Counted from the stretch's first letter, positions 40,781 to 49,810 are shown. The stretch: DNA of 56,355 nucleotides from an uncultured virus (IMG/VR IMGVR_UViG_3300023174_008090) (IMGVR_UViG_3300023174_008090), one strand, 5' to 3'. The notes: a model not told the origin generated them from the sequence alone. Made by a program: numbers and translations.

Positions 40781-41803
40781 TTAGACAACGTAGCACATAA
40801 AGTCAAAGTCAACAGTCAAGATACCTGTACTTACAGAGAAGTTGGTAGCATTGATGATTGCTTTTGATAAGCCAATTCCTGGAATAAGACTTGCCCATGT
40901 TGGAGAAGCAGCCATATTAAAACCAGTTTGTTGTGCAATTTCAAGAGCAAATGTAACGCTTCCAGCACTTGCAAGAATAACAGAACCAGCAGACTGGGTA
41001 GTAACACCAGCGGTTGTTTCTGAGGCATAGGATGAACCTACAACAACAGCACCCTTGCCCTTACCGGAAATGGTCAAACCATTGACACCGATATGTGGGA
41101 ATTGAGTACCATATTTGTAGGAAATACCGTTTCCAGACAAAGGTGATGGTAAGTTTGTACCACCGCCACCACTCAATTGGTAGCCAGCGTTAGGATCGCT
41201 GAAGTCGTAAGGGTTGATGAAGTAGGTTTTTTGTGTCTCAACGTTTACATCAACGTTAGCTTCTTGAATAAAGTATTTTCTGTCACCAATTTGTGCTCTA
41301 AAGTCATAGAAACGAGCAACTCTAGTAGGACCAAACGCTGTAGTGTTAGAACCACCAGTACCTACAGGGTTCAATGATGGGTGAGGAGTGTTGGAGTTTA
41401 CAACATAGAATGCTGATGTTCCAACTCCGGAGTCGCCATCACCTTCAAGAGTAATAGAAACAGTTCCACCACCCTCATTGATGCTGTAAGAGGCTGATTT
41501 AAGGATCGGTAATGTTGCGTTAGTAGGATCTAAAATTTCATTGATTTTTTGTGTTGCAATTGCTCTTCCGTCAGCAGCAGCACCACCACCAATCAAAATA
41601 GGAGCCTGGATAGAGATGGTCTCAGTAACACCACCAATGTCCATAATTCTAGTCTTAGGACTACCTTGCATCAATACTTTTGGTGAAGCATCAATTGTAA
41701 CGCTTCTACTGGCACTTTCTACAATGTAAGATTTTGCAGTTCCACCTGCAATTGTAATAAACACTGATTTGTAAATACCAAGTATATCATTGTTAATAGG
41801 CAT
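40781..41803 (-). CDS. Putative major tail tube protein
   Basis: 340 aa, G/S/T/A-rich and beta-strand-like; ends ILTVDFDF; paralogous to the neighbouring gene; has its own upstream promoter motif. Confidence 0.55.
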   Translation of the reverse strand: MPINNDILGIYKSVFITIAGGTAKSYIVESASRSVTIDASPKVLMQGSPKTRIMDIGGVTETISIQAPILIGGGAAADGRAIATQKINEILDPTNATLPILKSASYSINEGGGTVSITLEGDGDSGVGTSAFYVVNSNTPHPSLNPVGTGGSNTTAFGPTRVARFYDFRAQIGDRKYFIQEANVDVNVETQKTYFINPYDFSDPNAGYQLSGGGGTNLPSPLSGNGISYKYGTQFPHIGVNGLTISGKGKGAVVVGSSYASETTAGVTTQSAGSVILASAGSVTFALEIAQQTGFNMAASPTWASLIPGIGLSKAIINATNFSVSTGILTVDFDFMCYVV

Positions 41804-41863
41804 TTTATCAACTCACTTTCAAAAGATTTATTTACTTCTTTTGTTTTTTTAGGTTATTCAAAA

Positions 41864-41890
41864 TATTCTTTGTTTTATTGATGCTTACCT
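41864..41890 (-). promoter_or_regulatory. Putative phage late promoter AGG-N19-GAATA
   Basis: AAAAGG-TAAGCATCAATAAAA-CAAAGAATATTTT upstream of the tube-like gene. Confidence 0.55.
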
Positions 41891-41892
41891 TT

Positions 41893-42843
41893 TTAAACAA
41901 AAGTGAATAATCCATTGTCGTTCATAGAAGCATCAGGTTTATTAATTCCAGCCCATTCAGTAGTTCTCCTTATGATTTGTGCAGTCAAAGGAGCTTGCCC
42001 AATCTTGAAAACTGGGTTGGGAAATGTTGTTATTACTGGACCAAATTGCAACACAAGATTGGAATCATGCATCAAACCACCATGGATAAATGTGTTTAAA
42101 TCTGCACCATTTCGCATAACCTCTACGAAAGTTCCACTCCATTTTGTAGACTGAACACCAATAAGTTCTATTTGATCTTTTTGTTCAGTAACACCAGAAC
42201 CAGGGAACGACAAATATGGCATGAGGAAAACAGGAGTTACAAGTTCATTTTCTATGCTGATTTCTATGCTTGAAGTAGTGCGCATTGATGACTCTTTTCT
42301 GCTTGCATTACAATCAGCCCAAGACAAGGATCTACCTAAAATATAATCTGTTTTGAAATCAAATGTTGATTCTTTTTCTTCATCAACCATTCCAGTAATT
42401 TGTAGATTGACTTGCACAGTATTGTTTTCACTACAAGATATGGACAAGCTATTTATTGCAACAGAATTTAAGGATAAGTTTTTATTGTTGTCTGTACCAG
42501 GATCCAATACAGTTGTAGTTTTCATAGACAATAAATGATGAGTATCTATTGTCAATTCAGACATAGGTTTTGCTGCATATTGTAATAAAATTTTAGCAGC
42601 CATTTCAAGGTTCCCATCTTGATCAACTCTTAATGGAAATGAAATAGAACCTTCATATTTTTTTGCACCAAGATTGTAAATAGCGTAAGCAGGGCCACCT
42701 TGAATATAATTATTCAAAGAGTGTTCTTGAGTTTGATTGATATTAAAATTTTCAACTATCAAATAGTAACCATTGACACAAATACTTTTAGTATTTAAAC
42801 CTGTTGAAAATTCAGCTCTAGTTAGTATGCCTGGAAAAGCCAT
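41893..42843 (-). CDS. Putative tail tube-like protein (paralog)
   Basis: YLIVENFNINQ...IQGGP...YNLGAKKYEGSISFPL aligns with SYIVESASRSV...MQGSP...MDIGGVTETISIQAPI. IEISIENEL...KWSGTF pattern is seen in tube proteins. Confidence 0.55.
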   Translation of the reverse strand: MAFPGILTRAEFSTGLNTKSICVNGYYLIVENFNINQTQEHSLNNYIQGGPAYAIYNLGAKKYEGSISFPLRVDQDGNLEMAAKILLQYAAKPMSELTIDTHHLLSMKTTTVLDPGTDNNKNLSLNSVAINSLSISCSENNTVQVNLQITGMVDEEKESTFDFKTDYILGRSLSWADCNASRKESSMRTTSSIEISIENELVTPVFLMPYLSFPGSGVTEQKDQIELIGVQSTKWSGTFVEVMRNGADLNTFIHGGLMHDSNLVLQFGPVITTFPNPVFKIGQAPLTAQIIRRTTEWAGINKPDASMNDNGLFTFV

Positions 42844-43161
42844 TTACCACCTATAATCTTTCACTTCAAAAAAACTTTTGTAAGTGGAATTGATTGTCCC
42901 AGATGCTTTCCAAGAATATTTGTATGTGCCTATTCTGGAAGGTGTCCATTGCTTATAATAAATACCTACCGTGTCTGTAGATTGAACAGGCTCAGAATTA
43001 CCACTTCCTGATCCAGCCCCATAGTAGTAAGTATAACCTATACCTCCAGGCTCAGTTATATAAAACGTCAAGCTATCTGCACTGATACCACTTCCACTTT
43101 CATTTTTTAAATGAGCATAAATTTTCAGTGTAGTTCCTGATAAATATTCATTGTTAAGCAT
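42844..43161 (-). CDS. Small Ig-like virion protein
   Basis: 105 aa; VGIYYKQWTP...GTYKYSWKASG...FFEV; abuts the next gene. Confidence 0.6.
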   Translation of the reverse strand: MLNNEYLSGTTLKIYAHLKNESGSGISADSLTFYITEPGGIGYTYYYGAGSGSGNSEPVQSTDTVGIYYKQWTPSRIGTYKYSWKASGTINSTYKSFFEVKDYRW

Positions 43162-43173
43162 TGCAAGATTCCA

Positions 43174-44007
43174 TTAATAGTTATTTTTAGTTGAGTTATA
43201 ATGAGCCAATATATCACTTGTAGTTAAAATTCCGCTTGAAATTAAAACTTGTGAAACTTTTCCATTTAAGTATCTTGGATAAGCATAAGTAGTAAAATCA
43301 CTTCTACCAATTTCAGTATGCAATGTAGGTGTATTTATAGCTGATGCAGGTCCTGAATATCTCAAAGTTCCATTTACATATAAATCATTTGAGGTGTCAC
43401 TCTTAATGTTCAATGATAAGTGATTCCAGTTGTTGGATGACAATGCTATGCCTGAGTTATACCATCTGACATTTCCGTATCTAATATAAATGTTTCCTGA
43501 AGTGACATACTCTTTATTTATAGCAATACCGTAACCGTTGAGATTTTGTTCACTTCCAACGTAAACAATCATTTGTCCAGATTGTGAAACTATTGATGAA
43601 TTCACCCATACAGTAATATTTACGTCATTGGTGTTAGAAGTGACTGTAGTGTTTATGCCTACATAGTTGTTAGTACCATCAAAGAATAAGTAGTCAGCAT
43701 TCCCACTGTCAACATAGTTTGTGCCATTATATAAGAAGCCATTATTTCCATAAGAGCTTAGGTCGAATATAGTCAAACCAGTTCCAGGATATGATGAAGA
43801 ATTTGGAGCTGAGAAATAAAGTAAAGTAGTGCCAGATCCAGAACCGCTAGTACCTCCAGTGCCACCAGTTCCACCTGTACCGCCAGTACCACCTGTTCCA
43901 CCAGTACCACCACTTCCTCCAGAAGAAGCAGCTACAAAAGCATTTATATGGCTTTCTTCAAATATGTATGCTTTATTGATCCAGGATTTGATTGTTGCGT
44001 TATTCAT
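43174..44007 (-). CDS. LamG/concanavalin-like lectin domain protein with (GGT)7 linker
   Basis: SYPGTG..IFDLS..GNNG.L.NG, FFDGTNNYV, TVWVN, WNHL, LYVNG, LNGKVSQV...LT..DILAHYN. Confidence 0.85.
   Translation of the reverse strand: MNNATIKSWINKAYIFEESHINAFVAASSGGSGGTGGTGGTGGTGGTGGTGGTSGSGSGTTLLYFSAPNSSSYPGTGLTIFDLSSYGNNGFLYNGTNYVDSGNADYLFFDGTNNYVGINTTVTSNTNDVNITVWVNSSIVSQSGQMIVYVGSEQNLNGYGIAINKEYVTSGNIYIRYGNVRWYNSGIALSSNNWNHLSLNIKSDTSNDLYVNGTLRYSGPASAINTPTLHTEIGRSDFTTYAYPRYLNGKVSQVLISSGILTTSDILAHYNSTKNNY
43849..43920 (-). repeat. 9-bp degenerate tandem repeat encoding GGS(GGT)7
   Basis: Synonymously varied GGN-GGN-ACN codons. Confidence 0.85.
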
Positions 44008-44027
44008 ATTGTGGTCTCAATTGTTAA

Positions 44028-44055
44028 AATTCCCATTTCAAGACCACTTTTACCT
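44028..44055 (-). promoter_or_regulatory. Putative phage late promoter AGG-N20-GAATT
   Basis: Directly after the 44058-44085 terminator and before the LamG gene. Confidence 0.5.
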
Positions 44056-44057
44056 AT

Positions 44058-44085
44058 AAAAAAAGCTCTAGAATTTCTAGAGCTT
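44058..44085 (-). terminator. Rho-independent terminator
   Basis: AAGCTCTAGAA-t-TTCTAGAGCTT palindrome spanning the stop codon, followed by a T run on the minus strand. Confidence 0.75.
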
Positions 44086-44463
44086 GAAGATTCTGTTGTC
44101 AGTATTACTCCATTGTAGAGTAATGTTTCCCCCGTTAGGAGTTACTGGTAGATTTGATGATGTATCAAAGTAAGCAATTAACTTTTTAGTAGAATCATGA
44201 AAAATTATGTATTGAGTTACAGTAGTTCCAGCCACACCAGATATTGTCAAATCGTTTGCATCTGCCACGCCTTTACCAGGAGTTATGGTGGTCATAACTC
44301 CTGATATAGCTACTGTCCCGCCAACGTTTGCTGTAGTGGTGTGATTAATTAAATCTACAGTGTATTGATTTGAAAGCAAAATCACTTTGAATGAATCTGC
44401 AGACCAATTGAACTGCCCATTTAAAAATCCATCTCTACCACTATCAAACAATGCGTTAGCCAT
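44077..44463 (-). CDS. Small phage tail/virion protein
   Basis: MANALFD.GR..FL.G...W..D.FKV.L...LIAYFD...LPVTPNGGNIT.QW...IFKL resembles a widespread phage minor tail protein family; SD AGGTG. Confidence 0.7.
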   Translation of the reverse strand: MANALFDSGRDGFLNGQFNWSADSFKVILLSNQYTVDLINHTTTANVGGTVAISGVMTTITPGKGVADANDLTISGVAGTTVTQYIIFHDSTKKLIAYFDTSSNLPVTPNGGNITLQWSNTDNRIFKL

Positions 44464-44475
44464 AATTTACACCTA

Positions 44476-46995
44476 TTATTCTGTAAATTCTTCTTCTGAC
44501 TCTGATTCGCCTACATTAGGAACAACCACTGCAGTTTGTACCGAATCATTATCATCCAAAGCAACAATTGTGGTGGCTTGAGTTGCTTTAGATTTATTAC
44601 GCAAACTATCCAAATTACAACGCATCATTTTGCCCTTACTAGTTAGGACTAAAATATCATCATTGTCATTTATAGCTAGTGCAGAAACAATTTTACCTGT
44701 TTGCTCACGCTTAGTTTGATTGATCGTTCTTTGGCCTTTGACAGATCTTCCAGCAGTTGAACGATATTCAGATGCTGAAGTTTTCTTGCCCTTGCCTAAT
44801 TCAGTAATTACTAATACAGAAGGGTCAGATTCTGCATCAATTGCAAGCATAGCTGCAATACTGTCGTCAGGTCTAAGAAGCATTGATCGACTTCCTTGGC
44901 CATTTTTACCTATACAACGAACTAAGGTTTCATTGTAACGAACAGCCATACCTAATGAAGTAACAAGCATTACATCCTTGTTGCCATCAGTAGTCATTAC
45001 AAAATTGAGATTATCACCTTCAGTAAGACTGATTGCTTTCAATCCACGTTTACGCAAGCTAGTATTGTATTCACGGATTTCAGAACGCTTAATCAATCCC
45101 TTATTGGTTACCATTATGAAGTAACCATCAACATCTAATGATTTGAGTGTGATTGTTGAAGAAACAGTCTCACCTTCAGTCAAATTCAAAAGATTGTTAA
45201 GGTGTGTTCCCTTAGATGTACGAGAAGCAAGAGGAATTTCATAACCCTTCTTCTTCAACAAATTGCCTTGATTTGTGAAGAATAAGAACAAGTCATGAGT
45301 GGTTCCGCTGAAGATATCAGAAGCTTCATCCTCTTCACGACCCTTGACTCCAATCACACCCTTGCCACCACGGTTTTGGGTTCTGAATGTATCAAGAGGA
45401 ACACGCTTGATATATCCATCTTTAGTAAGGGAGACAATAATATCTTCTTCTTTGATTAGATCTTCATAGGAAATTTCATCTTCAAGAGCAAGAATTTCAG
45501 AACGTCGATCATCCCCAAATTTTTCAGCCAATTCAAGCTGTTCTTTGGAAATAAGATTGAGCATTTTCTTTTCTGAAGCTAATTGAGTAGCCAACCATTC
45601 ATTGCGCTTGGTCAACTTGTCAAACTCGTCCTGCAATGCACGAGTATCGAGCTTAGTAAGATTTCCAAGAGTAATTCGTAATACTGCATCAGCCTGTTCT
45701 TGTGAAGTAACAAACTTCTGTGCAATAAGTTCTTTTGCTGCTTCTTCTTTATTGTCAGCATTACGAACAAGTTTGATTACTGCATCAATTTTGTCAGTGA
45801 TACCAAGAAGACCCTCAAGGATATGAATTCTTGCACTGTTTTTGATGTGTTCAGCAGTAAATTTATTTGTTAGAACTTCTTTACGATGATCTACAAACGC
45901 CTTTACTAATTGAAGAATAGATACATTCTCAACAACCTTTTTGCCATCTAAAAGTACAGTGGAATTGACAGAAAAACTTGTTCGAAGTGATGTACGCTTC
46001 AGCAATTGATTTAACACAACTTGAGAACTTGCACTCTTATGAAGCCAGATACGGACATCCATACCCTTCTTGCTAGTAAGGTTCTTTAGGCCAGTAATGC
46101 CTTCAATTTTCTTACTTTCAACAAGGTCTTTGATTTCACGACAGAAGCTTTCAGCACTACTTCCATAAGGCAATTCACTTACCTTGATAATTTCTTGATT
46201 TCGCTCTTGAACAATGTCGTAATAACCTTCAAGTTGAACAGTGCCACGTCCATTAGTGAAATATGAACGAATACCATCCAAACCTAAAACCTTACAACGA
46301 ATTGGAAAGTCTGGACCTGGGACAATCTGTAATGCTTCGTCAGTGGTTATATCTGGGTTCTTGATATAGGCATCAATCAACTTAGCAACTTCACGTAAAT
46401 TGTGAGGTGCCATATTTGTAGCCCAACCAACTGCAATTCCACTACATCCATTAACAATTAAGTTAGGGAATAGCGATGGAAGAACAGTAGGCTCCATCAT
46501 TTCATCGTTGTAGTTTGCTTGATATCGAACTACCTGATCTGATAATTCATTTACCATCAAATCACCAAATGATGAAAGCTTTGCCTCCGTATAACGCATT
46601 GCAGCTGGCTTGTCTTCAGGGGCAGGAGAACCAAAATTTCCCTGAGGCGTTATAAGTGGATATCGCAAAGACCAAGATTGAGCCATACGAACAAGAGTAG
46701 GATATACCACTGCTTCTCCGTGTGGGTGGTAGTTTCCAGAAACATCACCACAAATCTTTGCACACTTTTTGGTTTTTCCTGATGCACGGAGCTTAAGATC
46801 ATCCATAGCAACAAGGGTACGACGCTGTGATGGCTTTAGGCCATCACGAGCATCTGGCAATGCACGATCTTCCATAACTGCAAAAGCATAGTTAGTGAAT
46901 CGTTCATCAATAAGATCAACAAAATTCTTTTCAAGAATTGTATCTGTCAAGTTTGATGCTTCTACAACATTCTTGACTTTAAGATTTCTTGCCAT
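44476..46995 (-). CDS. gyrA: DNA gyrase subunit A
   Basis: RALPDARDGLKP, YHPHG, QGNFGS, AAMRYTEA (catalytic Tyr), GIAVGWAT, GyrA-box QNRGGKG, C-terminal pinwheel repeats, acidic tail. Confidence 0.96.
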   Translation of the reverse strand: MARNLKVKNVVEASNLTDTILEKNFVDLIDERFTNYAFAVMEDRALPDARDGLKPSQRRTLVAMDDLKLRASGKTKKCAKICGDVSGNYHPHGEAVVYPTLVRMAQSWSLRYPLITPQGNFGSPAPEDKPAAMRYTEAKLSSFGDLMVNELSDQVVRYQANYNDEMMEPTVLPSLFPNLIVNGCSGIAVGWATNMAPHNLREVAKLIDAYIKNPDITTDEALQIVPGPDFPIRCKVLGLDGIRSYFTNGRGTVQLEGYYDIVQERNQEIIKVSELPYGSSAESFCREIKDLVESKKIEGITGLKNLTSKKGMDVRIWLHKSASSQVVLNQLLKRTSLRTSFSVNSTVLLDGKKVVENVSILQLVKAFVDHRKEVLTNKFTAEHIKNSARIHILEGLLGITDKIDAVIKLVRNADNKEEAAKELIAQKFVTSQEQADAVLRITLGNLTKLDTRALQDEFDKLTKRNEWLATQLASEKKMLNLISKEQLELAEKFGDDRRSEILALEDEISYEDLIKEEDIIVSLTKDGYIKRVPLDTFRTQNRGGKGVIGVKGREEDEASDIFSGTTHDLFLFFTNQGNLLKKKGYEIPLASRTSKGTHLNNLLNLTEGETVSSTITLKSLDVDGYFIMVTNKGLIKRSEIREYNTSLRKRGLKAISLTEGDNLNFVMTTDGNKDVMLVTSLGMAVRYNETLVRCIGKNGQGSRSMLLRPDDSIAAMLAIDAESDPSVLVITELGKGKKTSASEYRSTAGRSVKGQRTINQTKREQTGKIVSALAINDNDDILVLTSKGKMMRCNLDSLRNKSKATQATTIVALDDNDSVQTAVVVPNVGESESEEEFTE
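44486..44512 (-). promoter_or_regulatory. Putative late promoter AGG-N19-GAATT embedded in the gyrA 3' end
   Basis: Positioned just before the small tail gene at 44463. Confidence 0.4.
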
Positions 46996-49121
46996 TAGTT
47001 TTCAACTTCCTTACTACGATCAAAAGACTTTTTAATAATATGAGCCTTACGTGGACCAACTTCATTACCCATCAAAACGCTGAGCATATTTGAAGCTTCT
47101 TCTGCATCTTCAACACCAATTTTGATCAATTGACGTGTGCCAATTTCCATTGTTGTGTGTCCAAGTTCTTCGGCATCCATTTCGCCCAATCCCTTAAATC
47201 GTGTCACATCTATTTTATCACCATACTTAGCACGATAGGAATTAAGCTCTTCCTCGGTGTGAATGTAATTGTGAACATTCTTTACAGTCACACGATATAG
47301 AGGTGGCTTTGCAAGATACAAATGACCCTTCAAAACCAAGGGACGCATAAAGCGATAGAAGAATGTCATCAAAAGAGCAGCAATATGAGCACCATCATCA
47401 TCAGCGTCAGTCATAATGATAATTTTCCCATAACGCAAATCTTCAATCTTGAAGTCATCACGAATTCCAGTTCCAATAGCCGAAATCAATGCAGAAACTT
47501 CTTCATTTGCAAGAAGCTTAGCAAGTTCATTCTTTTCTGGGTTGATGATTTTTCCACGAATAGGAAGAATTGCTTGTGTGATAGGATTTCGACCACCCTT
47601 TGAAGATCCAGCAGCAGAATCACCCTCAACCAAGAATAATTCAGAAATAGCTACATCCTCAGTATCACAGTCAGACAATTTTCCTGGGAGTGAACCTGAT
47701 TTGCCAAGAAAACCTTGACGCTTGATAGATTCAGATGCTTTCTTTGCAGCAGCTCTTGCACGAGCAGCACGTAAAGCACGTTCAGCAATCATCTTAAGGA
47801 TTGATGGATTCTTCTCAAAATATTCAGTTAGCGCTTCAGAGAAAAGTCTATTCACAACACCCTCAACTTCAGGAGAGCCAAGTTTACCCTTTGTCTGACC
47901 TTCAAATTGAGGCTGTGGAAGACGAACAGAAATGATGGCAACAATACCTTCACGGATATCTTCACCAGTCAAATTTGGTTCTTTTTCCTTGATAACACCT
48001 AATGAACGAGAGAATTGATTTACTACTCTCGTGATAGATGTTTTGAAGCCACTAAGATGTGTACCACCATCAGCAGTATTAATGTTATTGGCATAAGCAT
48101 AGGTTGTTTCATCATCATCCTCTGCGTATTGGAATGCAACTTGAACATTTACTTTGCCTGATTTATTTTCAAAATAGAATGGCCTTGATGGATAAGGATT
48201 GGAGCGAGAAGACGCAAGATAACTTACATAATCAGCAATTCCACCTTCGAAGTAGAATTCTTCCTTAGTTCCAGTATGTTCATTCTTATAGACAATTTTG
48301 AGTCCACCATTAAGGTAGGCAGTTTCTTTTAAACGACGAACTAAAACTGTCTCGTCGAATTGAATATTGTCGTTAGATTTTTTATCCCAAATCTTGTAAA
48401 TTACATCTAATGTTTGTTCATTTACTTTAGTTGACTTGAAAATATCAAAGAAAATAACACCATTGACAGGGCCATTAATTAAAGCTTTTCGCCATTTGCC
48501 AGAACATTCAGCAAATACTTCGTCAATTTCAAAATCATCAACAAGTACTTCTCGGAAAGCGTCTTCAACTGCAAACTGACCAAAAATATTATAGTCAGGA
48601 GTAAAAGAAATTTTTGTACCAGTGGAATTTGATGTTCCAATTTCTTTGACAGAATTTACTGGGATTCCACGTTCGAAAGATAATTGATATTTCTTCTTAT
48701 CACGGGAAACTTCAGCATCAAGATTGATTGAAAGGAAGTTTACACAGGAAGCTCCAACACCGTGAAGACCACCAGATGCTTCGTATCCAGATCCATCATC
48801 ACCAAACTTGCCACCAGCGTGAAGTTCAGTAAGCACGATCTCAAGAGTAGAACGTTTTTTTGGATCTTCTTGCTTAACTGCTACAGGAATGCCACGACCA
48901 TTATCAATTACAGTAAGAGTGCGATTGTCTTTTGAAACAATGACATCAATTTTTGAACAATGGCCAGCCATATGCTCATCAACAGAGTTGTCCAAAATTT
49001 CCCAAACAAGGTGGTGAAGTCCTTTTTTACCAGTATCACCAATATACATTGCAGGACGTGTACGTACTGCTTCCTGGCTCTCCAAAATCTGAATGGAGTT
49101 TTCGTTGTATTGATTTGCCAT
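46995..49121 (-). CDS. gyrB: DNA gyrase subunit B with an insertion in the ATPase region
   Basis: RPAMYIG, EILDNSVDE, DNGRGIP, LHAGGKF, GGLHGVG, EGQTK, VEGDSAAGS, PIRGK, MTDADDDG, RFKGLGEM. ATG 49121 follows GAAGGA (track start 49154); TAATG overlap with gyrA. Confidence 0.96.
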   Translation of the reverse strand: MANQYNENSIQILESQEAVRTRPAMYIGDTGKKGLHHLVWEILDNSVDEHMAGHCSKIDVIVSKDNRTLTVIDNGRGIPVAVKQEDPKKRSTLEIVLTELHAGGKFGDDGSGYEASGGLHGVGASCVNFLSINLDAEVSRDKKKYQLSFERGIPVNSVKEIGTSNSTGTKISFTPDYNIFGQFAVEDAFREVLVDDFEIDEVFAECSGKWRKALINGPVNGVIFFDIFKSTKVNEQTLDVIYKIWDKKSNDNIQFDETVLVRRLKETAYLNGGLKIVYKNEHTGTKEEFYFEGGIADYVSYLASSRSNPYPSRPFYFENKSGKVNVQVAFQYAEDDDETTYAYANNINTADGGTHLSGFKTSITRVVNQFSRSLGVIKEKEPNLTGEDIREGIVAIISVRLPQPQFEGQTKGKLGSPEVEGVVNRLFSEALTEYFEKNPSILKMIAERALRAARARAAAKKASESIKRQGFLGKSGSLPGKLSDCDTEDVAISELFLVEGDSAAGSSKGGRNPITQAILPIRGKIINPEKNELAKLLANEEVSALISAIGTGIRDDFKIEDLRYGKIIIMTDADDDGAHIAALLMTFFYRFMRPLVLKGHLYLAKPPLYRVTVKNVHNYIHTEEELNSYRAKYGDKIDVTRFKGLGEMDAEELGHTTMEIGTRQLIKIGVEDAEEASNMLSVLMGNEVGPRKAHIIKKSFDRSKEVEN

Positions 49122-49154
49122 TTGCTTTCCTTCGTTTATTCCGAATATAGGCAT

Positions 49155-49188
49155 AAAAAAATGCTGTGATTTATATTACCACAGCATT
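49155..49188 (-). terminator. Rho-independent terminator upstream of gyrB
   Basis: Minus strand reads AATGCTGTG-gtaatataaat-CACAGCATT-TTTTT. Confidence 0.7.
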
Positions 49189-49214
49189 ATACCGAAAACA
49201 AGCGAAATTGGCTA
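49186..49214 (-). promoter_or_regulatory. Sigma70-like promoter for gyrBA
   Basis: TAGCCA (49209-49214), 17-nt spacer, TATAAT (49186-49191) on the minus strand. Confidence 0.55.
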
Positions 49215-49215
49215 T

Positions 49216-49809
49216 TTACTTAAAGATACGATCCGCTACACTATGCATACCCAATAAATCTAAATTACGGGCTAATTTCACCATATTTTGAAGTCTTCTT
49301 GATGCCATGGCTGGCATTCCACCAGGAGCAGCACCACCTTGTTCTTTGCTTTTATTCTTTGCAAAGCCAAAAGAAAGGAATTTTACAGCATTGACAAAAT
49401 CATCTAAAGTAATTTCTAAATCTTCTAGATCTTGTCCCTCTGGAAGTCTTTCCCATCTAGTTTTGTCAGTATCTTTAATTTCTGAATCATCTACTTCAAT
49501 GTTAGGCTTTCTTTTTCCAATACGGTTTTCTTGAACGCCACCATCTTCTTCTCCACCGTATTGAACCCAAATTTTATTAGCAATATCTTGCTCATCATCC
49601 TCAAGTTGTTCCATTAATTTAAATTCAATGCCAGCATCAGCAAGGATTAAGCCTAAGTTGGACAATGGAATTCTAATTTGTTTTTGACTTGGAGCTGGTG
49701 GAGCAGGTGGAGCACCAGGCATAGCCATTGGTGCTGCTGGCATACCCATTCCCATACCTGCCATTGGGTCTCCAAGTGGGGTCATTTGTGCTAATTTCAC
49801 GTATTTCAT
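49216..49809 (-). CDS. Hypothetical protein with M/P/A/G-rich low-complexity arms
   Basis: 197 aa; VKLAQ at the N-terminus; C-terminal MVKLARNLDLLGMHSVADRI. Confidence 0.8.
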   Translation of the reverse strand: MKYVKLAQMTPLGDPMAGMGMGMPAAPMAMPGAPPAPPAPSQKQIRIPLSNLGLILADAGIEFKLMEQLEDDEQDIANKIWVQYGGEEDGGVQENRIGKRKPNIEVDDSEIKDTDKTRWERLPEGQDLEDLEITLDDFVNAVKFLSFGFAKNKSKEQGGAAPGGMPAMASRRLQNMVKLARNLDLLGMHSVADRIFK

Positions 49810-49810
49810 A

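Noticed and set aside
44011..44047. GTGGTCT...AGACCAC inverted repeat around the LamG gene promoter
   Set aside because: Only 7-bp arms with a 23-nt spacer and no second occurrence noticed; too weak to call an operator.
43829..44059. Pro-rich ORF (PPV repeats) on the plus strand
   Set aside because: It is the antisense shadow of the (GGT)7 linker in the LamG gene.
48370..48582. Intein in GyrB (and in the helicase at 36420-36780)
   Set aside because: No Cys/Ser-start and His-Asn-end splicing motifs, and no LAGLIDADG blocks.
31931..49121. Cellular chromosome, suggested by gyrAB, dnaK, dnaJ and lepB
   Set aside because: There is no dnaA/dnaN/recF or grpE/hrcA context, the genes are divergent, and they are interleaved with tail-type genes and a UvsW-like helicase. 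A large phage fits better, although head genes are outside the window.
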